Assembly (NCBI GenBank): GCA_013115145.1
Contig: JAAPAO010000135.1
Location: 1 to 64,000, forward strand
Length of the DNA stretch: 64,000 bases
Direction of reading: 5' to 3'
DNA from: Perkinsus chesapeaki ATCC PRA-425
Lineage: Eukaryota; Protista; Perkinsozoa
Shown here: positions 27,226 through 39,891 of the stretch, one piece after another
Position numbering within the stretch: the first letter of the stretch is position 1
Layout: each line of letters begins with the position of its first letter
The notes under the pieces: generated by a model
Told to the model about the DNA's origin: nothing
Database searches by the model: none
The model's input: only the letters and a program-made list of their open reading frames with translations
Translations under genes and position numbers: made by a program

Positions 27226-28590
27226 TCAATTTTGCGCATCCGATTCCGGTGTGTCCGCTCGGCAGCTTTCTCCGGAGTCGGTGGTTTCAGACTCTTCATC
27301 AGCTGATGTTCTGGCGTCAACGTCGACTTGCCCAGCAGCATCCCAATCAATATTCCAATTGTACGTCACCATACAATCAACCAGACGACTGCCGAAAGTA
27401 CTGTTGTCTCTAGCAACCTTGAAGCGAAGGTCCCATAGCCTCTGTACTCTAGAGTGCAACGCTTCACCAGATTGTTCGGATGAGAGGCCCAAACCGGCTC
27501 CAGGAAATCGCTCATAGTTCTCGAGATATTCAATCGTATGGTCGGAAAGGATATGGGCCTTCAAAGACCAACGAAGGCCAGCTGTTGTCCAGGAAGTGCG
27601 AACTCAATGCGTTTCTCAATTGCCGACTTCCAATCGTCGCGGAGTTCGATACCGAGACAAGTATCCTTGACGAGCTTCAGAGTCTTCATGACTTCTACAA
27701 GACTTTTGGACTTGGCCTCGAAAGGGATTTTGCCTTCCGAAACCGAGTCCAACAAACGGGAGAAAGCGTTGCCCTCGAGAGCTCCGTTAAAATACGCAGA
27801 CCTGCGTATCGCGTTACTCTTTAAGGCAGTACAGTGCCGCTGGTAAATAGAGGGGCTCTGCTCGGAAGGTCGAGCCAAACTGTACACCTTATCAGTCAAA
27901 CCGAGCAGGAGATGCAACGGAGACAGCGACAGTACTTCCATAGGGGACTTATCCCGGCATAGAACTGGCTTTTCCACAACGTTGTGCCTGTGCTCCTCCA
28001 GGTCCTCGGCATGCAGCGCCCAATTTCTGCCAGTCGCAGGCTTACCGTCACATTTAGTACCATTGACGAAGAGGCAGAAAGGACAAGGAAACTGGCTAGC
28101 AGCTGACTGGATCCCGACCATCATTGCAGACACTTTCAAATCACAAGCCACCTGTTTCGTCGAAACAGGTTCGATATCCCGCAAGCGAAAAGCTCCTGGA
28201 TGGAATGGTATTCAAAAAGGGCCTTCAGGTTATGCTCGGTCTCGACAGCCTGTCCCGTGGCAACCAGAAAGTTTTTCTCTACACTCTTCGGGCTTGGTAC
28301 GTAGTTGCAGTTACCCTTCATGCTAACAATATTAACCGACAATTTCAAAAATTGCTGTCCTCCATCAAACTGGAATTTCAGTCGAGCGATGCGGTCAGCC
28401 TGCCCTTCGGTTACGATATTGAGCAGACGATTGATGTCGGAACATAGACCGTTGAGCAAGGCTCGGAGTTGCGTTCCTGTTCCAAAAGAAGATTCTCACA
28501 GGCAAATATTGGACCGAAGAACTGGTACACTGCAGTGTACCAGTTCTGGCTCGTATTGGCGGGCGCTTCGGGCAGCTAAATTGTAATGGT
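27226..28590 (-). mobile_element. Degenerate DDE DNA transposase of the CCHH group (CMC/Chapaev-Transib/RAG1-related), two frameshifts
   Basis: Across three minus-strand frames: D1 in QFDGGQQFLK (28364-28366), D2 in VACDLK (28140-28142), CPFC, PLHLLLG, EGNAFSRLL, HILSDH (HxxxxH), E in SEQSGEALH (27475-27477), MVTYN. Frame changes near 28190 and 27610. No TIRs found. Confidence 0.85.
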
Positions 28591-29121
28591 AATACTGCTT
28601 GTCTGGGGCACTGACCCAATGACACAAGGCTCTGCTAACGTCGCTAATACTGTAACACTGCTAACACTATTAATCTCGCTAGCACTGATTTAACATAAAG
28701 AAACGTTACAAGGGAATCAAAGCCTTGGATTCCAAGGAGACAGAATCTACTTGTATGCACCCATACACCCATATGGCGTCAACTCAATGGATCTGCGAAT
28801 ATGGGGGACAGTCTAGGGGTCTTCGCCGCCCTTTAGGTGACAGAGAGGCCCTCGGAAAGACTTATCGTCTATCGACTTGAGCCAAATTCACTAGCCACCT
28901 CACATAGCTACGTGTAATAATGCTGCGCTAGTTTATCCTACTCGCAACTCCGTTCTTCATACCCACGCGTTCAGTATTCGGTTGCAGTGAAAACTCGTCC
29001 TTATACACCGACCTACGGACCCCGTAGTATGGAGCGCTGTGCTGGGATTCGGTAGTCCACCCTGGCAAGGTACAGTAATGACTTCCAGAGCAAAGCGACG
29101 GGGTTTCTCTCCAATAACAGT

Positions 29122-29592
29122 CTATCGTATGCTTTTCCCCAAAGTACTACTTGAGCCTCCCTGTCGTGCCCTAAATGCACTCCATGACTCGCTCGCCCGA
29201 GACGTGACCGCAATCGGGCATTCGGCAATTTCCATCAGGGGGTTCTCAAGCCGTTGTATTCGTTCGTCCATCAGAAACGCGATGAAGACGGCCTTTGAGG
29301 GAATTATTCTGGTTCGGAGGTTCGTGGCCTTGTCGAGCTTATACGCTGTATCGGATCCGTGAGAAAACTGGAACTCCCAGTCTAGAAGGATTGATATATT
29401 AGGCAGCATTGGCAGCAACTCGCTAGATGGATAGGACACTTCGATCTCCCGACCGATTTCTGATAGATTAAACAGCTGACCACGGATATTTTCAGGGAAT
29501 AATGTAGGAGGAAACCCCTTTGCCTTCGAGCCTTCAAGGCTAAATACGCCAGTCCATTTCATCACTGGCTGAACAAAGCGTATAGTATTCAT
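29122..29592 (-). CDS. Orphan ORF (156 aa), divergent from the secreted gene at 29773
   Basis: ATG-initiated open frame; no family recognised. Confidence 0.3.
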   Translation of the reverse strand: MNTIRFVQPVMKWTGVFSLEGSKAKGFPPTLFPENIRGQLFNLSEIGREIEVSYPSSELLPMLPNISILLDWEFQFSHGSDTAYKLDKATNLRTRIIPSKAVFIAFLMDERIQRLENPLMEIAECPIAVTSRASESWSAFRARQGGSSSTLGKSIR

Positions 29593-29772
29593 TAGAGTAC
29601 CGTTGAGAATAACTCAAAATATAGTATTCAGCGTAATGTAGAGGTCGAAGTGGGGTATTCTGATAAAGGATGAACTAGCTTGAGAAGAATACTTGAGATA
29701 ATCTCAGAATGGTTGTTGTCCTTAACGACAGCTTTAGAAGTTTATTCCTTAGCGTAATCGGAGACTCTCCTG

Positions 29773-30693
29773 ATGGTTCGCTCCTCTATTCTGCTTACAG
29801 TACACTCGGCGCTCTTGCCACGAATCACCGTTGGACTTGCAACTACATATTGTTATCAAGATGAAAATTATAAGTTATGCTCAACTGTCAAGCGTCGGAG
29901 TGATGGTAAAATCAACATAGACTTCGCTGCGAGAGCAGGAAGAAAATCAGCTATAATCCAAAGTGTGGCCATGACGCCGGATGTTGTGGATGTATGGTCA
30001 ATCGAAGATGTGTCTCGTAAATTCGAGGATGAATTTGGGCGCGTAAGAGTGGCTACGAGATTACAATGGCTTACTCCTAGTGAGCTCAAGATAGTGTTCT
30101 CTGGCGATAAGCAAAAGATGGAAATTTCCGATAATACCGGGAATTCTTTGACATTAACTGATATCAAAAATACGGCCACGCGTAGATCACCGACCTCGAG
30201 CAGTCTGACGCCGATCGAAGCCGCTGTGAATAAGGGTTCCAAGAACAAGTTACCTGCTCATATTCAAGGAGGAAAATTCTGCAATGCGATGGCTGTGAAT
30301 GGGGTAGACAGCCTTTGGGTTGATATAGTTGAGGCGGAGGAATCCATAAAGGCTGCTATTAACTTCTACGCTCGGGAGGAAGACGAAGCTATTAGAAGTA
30401 TTCACGGTACGGGTCTCCTACCACTTACAGTTAATACAGGATTTCCAACGTATGGGCAAGTTGAAGCTAGCCAGCTACGTTCGGAAAATCATGCACAGGA
30501 AACGATTAAGAAACTCGGAAGATTCACTGGCTTCGAGGGGATTAGAGTGGATCAGACTAGCATTGCATTCGATGATGATGTCTACATAGAACTTCAGTTC
30601 TTCATCAGCCACGAGGACCCACCGTTGGCGATACCATTATCTAAGAAGGCATGCGGACCGGTTTCCACTGAACTACCAGATGTGTCGAAATAA
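29773..30693 (+). CDS. Intronless secreted orphan protein (306 aa) with two domains and a Ser/Thr-rich linker
   Basis: Signal-peptide-like MVRSSILLTVHSALLPRITVGLA, linker TATRRSPTSSSLTP, and YC/FC motifs opening each half. Confidence 0.8.
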   Translation: MVRSSILLTVHSALLPRITVGLATTYCYQDENYKLCSTVKRRSDGKINIDFAARAGRKSAIIQSVAMTPDVVDVWSIEDVSRKFEDEFGRVRVATRLQWLTPSELKIVFSGDKQKMEISDNTGNSLTLTDIKNTATRRSPTSSSLTPIEAAVNKGSKNKLPAHIQGGKFCNAMAVNGVDSLWVDIVEAEESIKAAINFYAREEDEAIRSIHGTGLLPLTVNTGFPTYGQVEASQLRSENHAQETIKKLGRFTGFEGIRVDQTSIAFDDDVYIELQFFISHEDPPLAIPLSKKACGPVSTELPDVSK

Positions 30694-31639
30694 TTTAGGA
30701 TGATATCTCGAAACGACCAATATTTATCAATTACATTTATAAGACTGATGCCTCTCTCTTTTTGATGCTGTGATGTTGTACTTTGGTTGGTTGGTGTTAT
30801 TATTAGTAGGCCAATTGCTGTATTTCCCAGATTATAATGAAAGCCTTTATAATGTTCCCTTAAGCTCTCTTAATACGTTTCGACTGCAGCTTTAAACTTG
30901 CGAACAAGATTAGAAAGGCTCCGTTATCATATTGAAGTTGATACTGTCTGGAGCTGAACTAAGAACATTCGAACACTGTGTGCTTTAGAGCTAGAATAAT
31001 CTAGTAGAATTCTATAGCGGAACCTAGCTTCGTTTATTATATCAACTCCTCTTCTTTTGTATTTGTATGTTATTAAAGGCGGCTTTGACGTGTGATTTCC
31101 AGCTAGTATGAGCACCTCTGATCCCACTTGACTCTAGCGAATTGTAATAGAATTACCAAGTTTATTACTTACTAGTAGTAGACTATATACCATCGATAGT
31201 CGGCCACTGTATCGATAATCCTCAATTATCACGACGTACACTAACGCTTGTGGGTGTACGATCAGATAGGACGTGAACTCAATCAATCGCTGCTGTTATT
31301 CTGTAGAGTTATCGACATCAGTGTAATGATCAGTCAGCAAGCATCTTTTGGTGAACTAGACAGTGGCGCGTCAATAGCTTCATCTCGATCATCTCATAGG
31401 AGGAGCAAAAAGAAAGGTGGTAAATGCCATCTCAAATATTAATTCCAATTCCCATTTCCTATGACGAGCCCATGGATAAGGCGGGTTCACACTAGTTCCT
31501 TACGCGGCAATCGCAAACTACGGTCCAGATATACGGGAAGTTGCTCGACCCTGAGGAAAATCTTTCATACTGTACCGAGACCGATTCAGAAATTGAGAGT
31601 TAAGAGATCCCCTATATACAGCTAGGCAGTCTGAGCTAG

Positions 31640-32511
31640 CCACGTTCGGGTCAGGCTGCCGCTTGCACGGGATAGTCAGGGTATCTTCGACGGGATACCA
31701 CTGGCTTGGATCAATGCTGCTCAGACGATAAGCGCCGTCCGTCGAAAGAAGAAGCGTCCTACCCCGAGGAGAGAGAAATGCACAACGGAAATGTTCTGGT
31801 TGGAATCGTAGGTTTGTTAGTCCATAACAGAGCTCAGCGTTGCTGAATCCGCTGTGGTATATATCTACATTATTAGATCAAAAAGACTCCTTTCGGAGGT
31901 GTCAACGTTGTTGGAGGTAATTGCACGTACACGTGGAAAGAGAATGATACGAGGTAAGTCTGAAGAATGAGTATGAAGAATGAGGCCTACTGCGTACAAA
32001 CCCGAATCAGCAGAGAGGGTTTGAGCAGTTTCCTGTGATAGCTGGTGCTGGAATATCAGATCATGGCTGTGCTTCATCCCATTCGATCCATTCGCTATCG
32101 AAGCGAGAATGGCCCGAAGGCGTAGCAAGTTGATTGAGCTACTCCCGGTCCTATAGGATCAATAAATGGGAGGCTTTGAGTCACCAGAAGCTTTACCTTC
32201 TTGATACAGCAAACTCTTTATTTGCAAATTCGCTAATATGTAATTCTCTTTCTTACGTGGGTTTTCTGGCAGATCCCTTTGAATAGCTACAAATTCACGA
32301 GGGTACCCCTCTCCAACCCGACAACACAACTGAATACTCCTGTTTTGAGGTACGAAGGCCCACTGAGCACATCGAAAGAAACTGAGGGGAAGCTAACGTG
32401 GTCGGATGGCTCACAGTAAGCTTTCGTTGCCAAAACGGACTTAGTAAGGACGGATGTGTCCACGATTAGACTTACGCCAGTGTGGTCGATAAAACCAATT
32501 CGTATACACAA
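31640..32511 (-). CDS. Possible multi-exon orphan gene
   Basis: Open minus-strand segments 32287-32511, 31865-32128 and about 31640-31760. The structure was not resolved. Confidence 0.25.
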
Positions 32512-32683
32512 TTGTTCATATATACTATATAATATGTCCTCTATAGTAGTTAGGGGTAAGAGAGATGAGTATTCTCATTCAACTACATTATTAGAATAGA
32601 TGTATCCTGTCACCTGCCTGGCGAGTAGATAAAGAATAGGTAACGTTAGCCTGCTGCCGTATTTGCACTTTCTAGCAACAGCA

Positions 32684-35600
32684 ATGATATCTGAAACCCT
32701 GAGGGCTCAACCGAAGACGCCTCTCCAGAGCCATCCCGATGTTGATGTTCCTCTCCGAATACAGGAATTGTATCTCTCAGTTATACCGGTGGACTGTACA
32801 ACGGTTATAGACACGGTGAAGGAAGTTTTGAATCAAAAGATGGTAAGATTTGTAGTTTATAGGAGCTCGCACTCTTTGGCTCAGGTGACCTTACATACGT
32901 CGGTGGGTGGTGGATGGGTAGACGACATGGTAAAGGGACTTTGACAAAGTGGAAAGAGCGCAATGGAGAACGTCAAGTGGGTGCTTTCCAGCTACGCAGT
33001 TCGACGGCATTTTCTGAGGGTCCCATCTCGGGATTTTAACTAATAAGAACCAGAAATTGTTTAATCCCAGCTAATCATTGGTCCACCGTGGAGGATCACT
33101 GATCCTGAATCAGCTTCCTGCACAATTGGGCGAGGATAGAGAAAAACGATTCAGAGAATGTTGTTGTCGATCTCGTAATTGATGAGCTATCATGTCCTTC
33201 AGATAGTATACCGATATACTGGTGAGTGGCGTGAAGGCTACAAACATGGGCACGGCAAAATGGAGACGGATAAAGTGGTATATGAAGGCGAGTGGAACAA
33301 CGGAGTTATCGAAGGAGAAGGAGTCATGAAATGGTGCGAACTGCGCGCTGTAGACTTGGAGCTTGCAATCAGGATTACGGAGACAGGTTTCACGGAAGTG
33401 TACACTGGCCAATTCAAGGGGGGGCTGCAGCATGGCCGGGGCGTTCATGTGAGTGTTCGAATCATCTTATTTGCGGGAGAGTATGGATGAGTATGCTCAA
33501 CCATCGCTTGAATTCCTATACCAACTACTATCTCTACTTGCCTTGTCAAAATGTATCTATATTGCAGGTGTGGCCTATTGTTGATAATGAGCCTGGCTCA
33601 GTTGGGCCCCAAATGATGAATCGTTATGAAGGAGAGTGGAGCTCTGGAATGCGCGACGGAAAAGGTAGGATTGTGGTATTAGGTTGTTTGATGAGTAAGT
33701 CTGAGTCTACAGGTACGTTCTATTATGGTGATGGCTCTATTTATAGAGGAGAGTGGAAGGATAATAAAAAAGACGGCAAAGGAGTATTTGTTGACCCTCA
33801 CGGACATATGCATCGGTGTAAGGCTTACTTAACTCGGCGTCTTCAACTCGAGTTAAAGGTTAGTAGCTCAACAGTTTATGGACAATGCTTTGCAATCCTA
33901 CCGGCTGTCGTACCGTGCCCACAGATAAGTAAATTCAAAATCTTCAAAAATTAGTCATGTGTAACCTATGCCGGTCTCCACTTTGACCTGTACTCTACTT
34001 TTTTCAGATTACACCATTTAATATAGTTTACTATAGGTACGTTCGAGAGCGACCGGTGCACTGAGCGAAGCGCTATTTCACGGCTATCAGCCCAGGAGGA
34101 CCTAGACGCACCGGAGAGCTTTGTGAATCCTCTTCGATCGCAGCTTGAAATCACTGACGTCATCGATGCCCTGACCGTTGAGGTAATAATTGCAATGACA
34201 CTGCAGCAGCGAGATTATTGTTATTCAGCAGAATGGTGAAGGTATGGATGCAGATGACATCGAGCGAGAAATACTTGATGTGATCTTGCGTAACGAGGGG
34301 AAGCTGAGAGATCTTTACCAAAGGTGAGTGAAGCTGTGATTTGCACGTCAACCACACAAATTGCCGGAGTCCGTAAAATTCCCGAACTGGAAGATCATCT
34401 CCCAGAGATGTCGGTCAATGTGAGCTCTGAGCTCGCATGGGGCCCTCCCAAGTCGACGCGACTTTCGGGAAGAAGGAATAAGTTCATTCTCTTGTGGCAG
34501 GCAGTCTGATGTCTTATAATGAGACGTAGGCTGGATCCAGATTGTAGCCTACAAAACCAGTACTAAGTTGAAAAGTGTCCTACCCTCTGTAGGAGGCTCT
34601 GCAACTGCACCTAGTGTATTCTCGGTTTCATCAGTTCGGGGTTTCGACCAGTAGAACTTTATGTTGAGGTCATCTTCAGGTGTACCAAAATGAGCAATGA
34701 TCTGTCAGAAGACAGTCATATCCTCACTGCTATGGGTCTATGGAACTTATGCCAGGACGCCGGATACCTCACCGATGAAAACGGCGGCATTGCGTCGTTA
34801 AATCGTACGATTTGCAAGCAGTCCAAGCTAGGTGAGACTGATAGTAGGGACAGTAAGGAAGACTTGGTGTACTTAGACGCCAAAGTCGAGCTTACCGGAT
34901 CTATCAAGACTGCCGTTGTTGGGGGCGATACTGACCTTGCTGGAGAGGAAGGGTGAGACTACCGGCGTCTTAGAGATAGCCTTTTGCCGGTGCTTAAGTC
35001 GTAAAGGCTTAATTGAAGGCACCGGAGTTGAAGACAGCCTTCTACGCCGTGAATAGGCTGCGCTGGGGAATCGTAGGATTTCTCTGATGCTAGTGTTTGG
35101 ATAGCCTTGCAGGGAGACGCTTGGCCAGGAGGATCGAGCGACTTTTCAAATTGGAATTAAATGAGCACTTACGATTAGCAGCCGCTTATCTCCTAATTCG
35201 GCGGTAGATAGACTCGCTCGCCCGACACTCATACCGCACACAAAAGGATTCATATCATCAAGCCACGAGCCACCGCAGGTTTACTTCGCCAATGGCGTCG
35301 TAGGACTGTATCTCGCCCACATCTCTTATACAGAAGCCATCGTAACGCAATAGTCTAGTATCATAACTATTGCAAGTGTTATGGTTGTCGAAAGGTAGAT
35401 TCTCGTCGTCTTGCCAGGAATAATACAGAAATCACTGGAGGCTTCGTACTTGGACACGGCAAACTCCATGGAGACGATAGCCACGGTACGAATAACCTCT
35501 GACTTTCTCTGCTCGAGAGTTAAAGCGCTCAATTTGAGACTCCCTTCAGATCACAGACTTCACCGATTCGATTCGTTACCGTGCGATAAGCCGACGGCAG

Positions 35601-36723
35601 ACCTCTTATCAGGGTTTGACACTCTCATGGCAGTGAATGATACCCCAATGTGGGATAATACCTACTTGTGAATTGTCTAGCACTTTGCTTTCGGCACAGC
35701 TGTAAAGTTATCGACATCCACAGCCCCGCACGGCTCATACCTCTGAGGAGCTTCTTCGAGGCCGTGGTTAAGTCACCGTCATCGCAACCACTGTACGTCA
35801 GCCTTGAGGCTTCAGGCTCGCATCTGCGCGGGTTACGGGATCCAAGAGTTCGAGAACAGAATACGGATCTTATGTGAAAGCAAGCATGAAAATGATCCAT
35901 GGGAATGCTTCAACAGAGCGAAGAGCGTGCGAAACGTCGAATCTGCCAGGCATGAGTTATGCTCCAGATCCTGCCTCCATTAGAAGTAGGGCTGTCGAGA
36001 GGGTTTATGGCTTTGGTGAAGAAGAACGGAGTGATCCACAGCGAGCAGTTGCACAATAGGAGAGACAACATTTGTAGGTCTCCTGTTTCAGTGGAATGTT
36101 CATGAGAAGGGATTCACCGATAAGCTGGTCAATTCTCAATTCGATGGCCGCCTCTTCATTCTCTTCCATCACGCAGATGAGACTCACTGCAATTTGATGG
36201 GCATCATCTATATTAGAGACCCTCACTATATAGTACAGCAGACTGCTGCCAGCAGTATCGAGTAGATCTGTGCCGTAATAAATATGACGGCTTTGCGCAA
36301 CCGTTGTGATACAGTATAGATCCTGCCTGAGGCTGAGTTATGGATCACAATGGCCGATTCAATTTGAAACGGAGGCACCCGCTGCCACGTGAATCATCCG
36401 GGCACCATTTATGTGACTTATAAATCGTATATAGATTATGGGACATAATCCATGCCTCTACAATGTGTACATCCTAATATACTCACCAGCTCATGACTAT
36501 GTCTTATTGGACTAATGTGAGTACCACTCGTCTGGTGCCTATAGGCTCCCTGTCGGCTCTGCTACTTGAGATGGCCAAACTCAACCTTATCGGTGCGGAG
36601 GGTGCATCAGCACTCGAGCAAGGACTTGAGGAACGAAGTGAAGAATGTGAAGACCAGGATGATTCAGAGTCAGTAGCGCCCGAGAATTCCGACCCAACAC
36701 CCGTTTCTAGAGAAATGAAGTAA
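32684..36723 (+). CDS. MORN-repeat protein, RSPH10B-like (flagellar)
   Basis: MORN repeats TYVGGWWMGRRHGKG, YTGEWREGYKHGHG, YEGEWNNGVIEGEG, YTGQFKGGLQHGRG, YEGEWSSGMRDGKG, YRGEWKDNKKDGKG. Downstream VILRNEGKLRDLY and ILTAMGLWNLCQDAG resemble the RSPH10B post-MORN region. MORN identity is secure; the 3' extent and the RSPH10B assignment are tentative. Confidence 0.8.
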
Positions 36724-36733
36724 AAATATAAAA

Positions 36734-37510
36734 TTAGTGATGTTCACACTTTGCCGAGAAGATACTTTGACATAGAGAATGTCGAAGGCATGGACTGGAA
36801 GCTAACATGCTCTCCATGGGGGATAAGGTCCATCGCTGCCGAAGTGTTATCTCGAAAGGTACCCGACGAAGATCTCGGCGATAACGGCATGACTGAGGTA
36901 AGTGAAATTGGTAATTCTTACTGAAATCGTTAACACCAGTCAACTTTAATTGTTTGATGTGAATTCCTCGGTACAATACCAGTTATTTGACTGCATCTTG
37001 CTCGCTGGTTGAGCGATCGTTTTGATACTCCCTTGCCTGTAGAACGCCTTCCCTGACCCTCCTTGCGAGATTGAGCTAACCTTTGCCGAGTTCCAAAGAC
37101 TGATAATCAGAATTGTAGAGGAACTCATCAAACAGAACCAAAGTGGCAGATCACTTGAAGCTCAACCGACAATGTGAGCAGAATATGGCCCATGTAACCA
37201 GAGTTCTTGTCAGATCATCTTGTTTGCCCATATATGTAAATGATGTTCTCTTGCCGGCCTTAATAGAAACAAAACCGTGAGGCACACTACTTACCAGGCA
37301 TTAGACAGTGGTGATTGTTCTGCAGGTATGTCAGGCTTTCACACATCTCCACTGAGTCGGCCGCTGAAGGAAGTAGGAATGATAAAGCAGCTGCAACACA
37401 TCAGACAGAGGCCATCAGAAGCACTGAAACTAAGATGACCAAAGTGAGATATCTTTTTTGTGCCTAGCCTCACTTTCCATGTCGCAGATGAGACCCGGCA
37501 TCTGGCATGG
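36734..37510 (-). CDS. Possible multi-exon orphan gene
   Basis: Hydrophobic LTLVILVSVLLMAS segment near 37400-37445 and open segments down to 36734. Not resolved. Confidence 0.2.
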
Positions 37511-38132
37511 ACATGACAAAGGACAGTCGGTGAATCTTAAGTTGATTTACTCCCCTCAAGAGGAATCTCCCCAGATCTGCGCATAAGAGAGCTCACTTTT
37601 TCAAAATGCAATAAGACACAGTTGTTAAAGGAGTCAAACATGCATCCGCATCAAAATTAATTCAACTAAGTAGGGAGCCTTACAACTTGTAAGTTACAAG
37701 TGGGGCTCTTCGGTAACTTGGTGATTAGAAAGCTCGGTGACTCGAAACCCTGATTCTACTTAGCGGTCGTAACGCGTTTCGCGGCGAAATCAGTCAGTTG
37801 CCGGGTGAGGTTATTCTAGCCCTCAGACAGCGAAATTCTGTCACTTTGTCGACCATTCAATATTATGCAACAAAAGATAGAACATATAGTTGAAACTAGA
37901 TTATATCTTCCCTCGAATAGGATCATATTAACGATTGATCATTCACAAGGGACAGTAGTAAGATTACTATGGAAAATAGTATACGCTAACATCTGAAACT
38001 GATACTAAATGGGAGCAGATCCCATCTGTCAATGCCTTCAGAATCAATGGTGCCAGTAATCACACCATCAGGGGTATCCTCGACCGTTCAGGAGGGATAG
38101 TACAGGCTTCGCTGACGGCTAATCACAATAGA

Positions 38133-38474
38133 CTAAAACGATTTATCGGTGGTATTGTTATGACAACAGCCGCTACATATCGTGAAGTTCTGGGCGCCGC
38201 ACTTTAGACCAATGCCGAAGCAGGGAGCTACTAAACCAGGGATCATGAAGCCACCATAAGCACATGCACGGCAAAACCCACAATCACTCTTGTGACCGAG
38301 CAAGCGAGTTGGATCAGGGCCACCACGGGAGAACTTTGGAGCCTCGAAGGGCGTAGTAGATAGCTCGAGGGCTTGCTTCGACTCGACGAAGGCCTCGCTG
38401 ACGCTGCCACGGAGAGTCTTTGTGGTGTAGGCTAATGCAAGAACTACTTGTAGATAGACAAGGGGCGTAACCAT
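38133..38474 (-). CDS. Small secreted cysteine-rich prepropeptide (113 aa, 8 Cys)
   Basis: ATG start, signal-like MVTPLVYLQVVLALA, charged pro-region, C-terminal CGFCRAC...PC...KC...ICSGCC. Confidence 0.7.
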   Translation of the reverse strand: MVTPLVYLQVVLALAYTTKTLRGSVSEAFVESKQALELSTTPFEAPKFSRGGPDPTRLLGHKSDCGFCRACAYGGFMIPGLVAPCFGIGLKCGAQNFTICSGCCHNNTTDKSF

Positions 38475-39891
38475 GACAATAGTTAAATAAGACCAAACGG
38501 TAAAACCCTAAGAACTTCTTAATATACCAAGGCGTAGCCGGTAAGAAGCCGCCGCGTAGACTGGCGAGCTTGTAATTGGTTGCCGGCCGAGCTAGTAGAG
38601 CTAACGGCGCATTGAGTCTTATTCTAAGTAAGTGACTAATTTTCTCTTTCTTAAGTACCGAGCGTGTAGGAAGCTTTCGATAGCCGAAGATGAAGAAGGA
38701 TTATAAACATCGAGGTTCGAGACTACAGGTCCTTTTCCCGTTTACTCTCAACGGAAATCTCAGCTCGGGATAACCAGTGAGCGATCTACAGCTACTCTGC
38801 ACCAGAGCTAAAACGCACATCTAAGGAGGGTCTAACATCACATTGGGTAACACTGAAGTACTACAAGCTACAATGACCAAAAGCCGTAGTCACTATCAAT
38901 GTACTTGACAAGCTCAGTAGACGGATGGAGCTGCTGTCGGTGAAGTCCACTCGTGGAAAACCGGTCCCTAGCTAATGCGCTGTTCTCCGCGTCACCGCCG
39001 TTGATCGCCATTGGCTTCCGAAATTCTCGGTCAGCGAGCACCCGAGCAACTGAGACTTGGATGGCAATGACCCGCAATCCGGAATTTATGACGAGCTAAT
39101 CACTAGCTGCGTAACTAACCGCTGGTAAGGGTATCGCAGTGACCATATTTTCATGTCGGCCAAAGTGTTAGGCGCCTTTGGAGGCGACTATGTTTTGCAC
39201 GTGAACGTGCTGGGGCGCGCGCAGTTTGGCCAACTCTCTATCACCACGGGGGCTGAAGTATTGCGTTTCGCAAGGAACTATTCGAGTGAAGTGCCCTTTG
39301 CATACATTTTTCCCAGAAGAGGGTCTTATAGATTTGCAGTGTCTGGGACAGCAGCCGGCTGTTGCGCCCCGCTACAAATTCACTACAAGTCCGAATGTGC
39401 AATGATTGCATTGCAATTCCTGTAACACTCCGACTCCCAGCAACGTGAGTGCCTGACCCAGCTATTAGCTTCTCTTCTTGGAGTAAGCTACTTCTACTAT
39501 AGGAACTATATACTCCCCGTAGCAGACACTTCAGGGCATGACGTTGCTCTCCCTAACCGTGACTGTCCTCATTAAAAAGAGTGTCACCCAAAGGATATTT
39601 ATAATCTCTTGCCTAACCCGTTCTGGCTATTCATACTCAGCGGCGCACAATTATTAGAATGAATGCACTAAGTTAGTAGTAAAAGGCTTACACTGTGAGG
39701 CAGTGCAAAAAGCAACTGAGAGAGGTTTAGAATTCGTTCAAACATCATCAACTCGACATCATGGAGGTTATAAGTGTTTTTCCAAGTTACATCAAACTGA
39801 GCAAAAACGGTCGCGAGACATTAGTGGTACAATCGCATTCCAGACAGTATTCCCCCCTCCCTTGCTCAAGCAGCGCCTCTTTCACAAGTAA

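Noticed and set aside
28170-28230. Programmed -1 frameshift in the transposase
   Set aside because: No canonical in-frame X XXY YYZ heptamer, and a second frameshift near 27610 points to decay.
25760-29100. Terminal inverted repeats of the transposon (e.g. CACGGGTGG at about 26929)
   Set aside because: No matching reverse-complement end was found by eye.
38600-38830. Possible rRNA/snRNA fragment
   Set aside because: No diagnostic 5S, SSU/LSU, U2, U3 or U6 motif could be matched.
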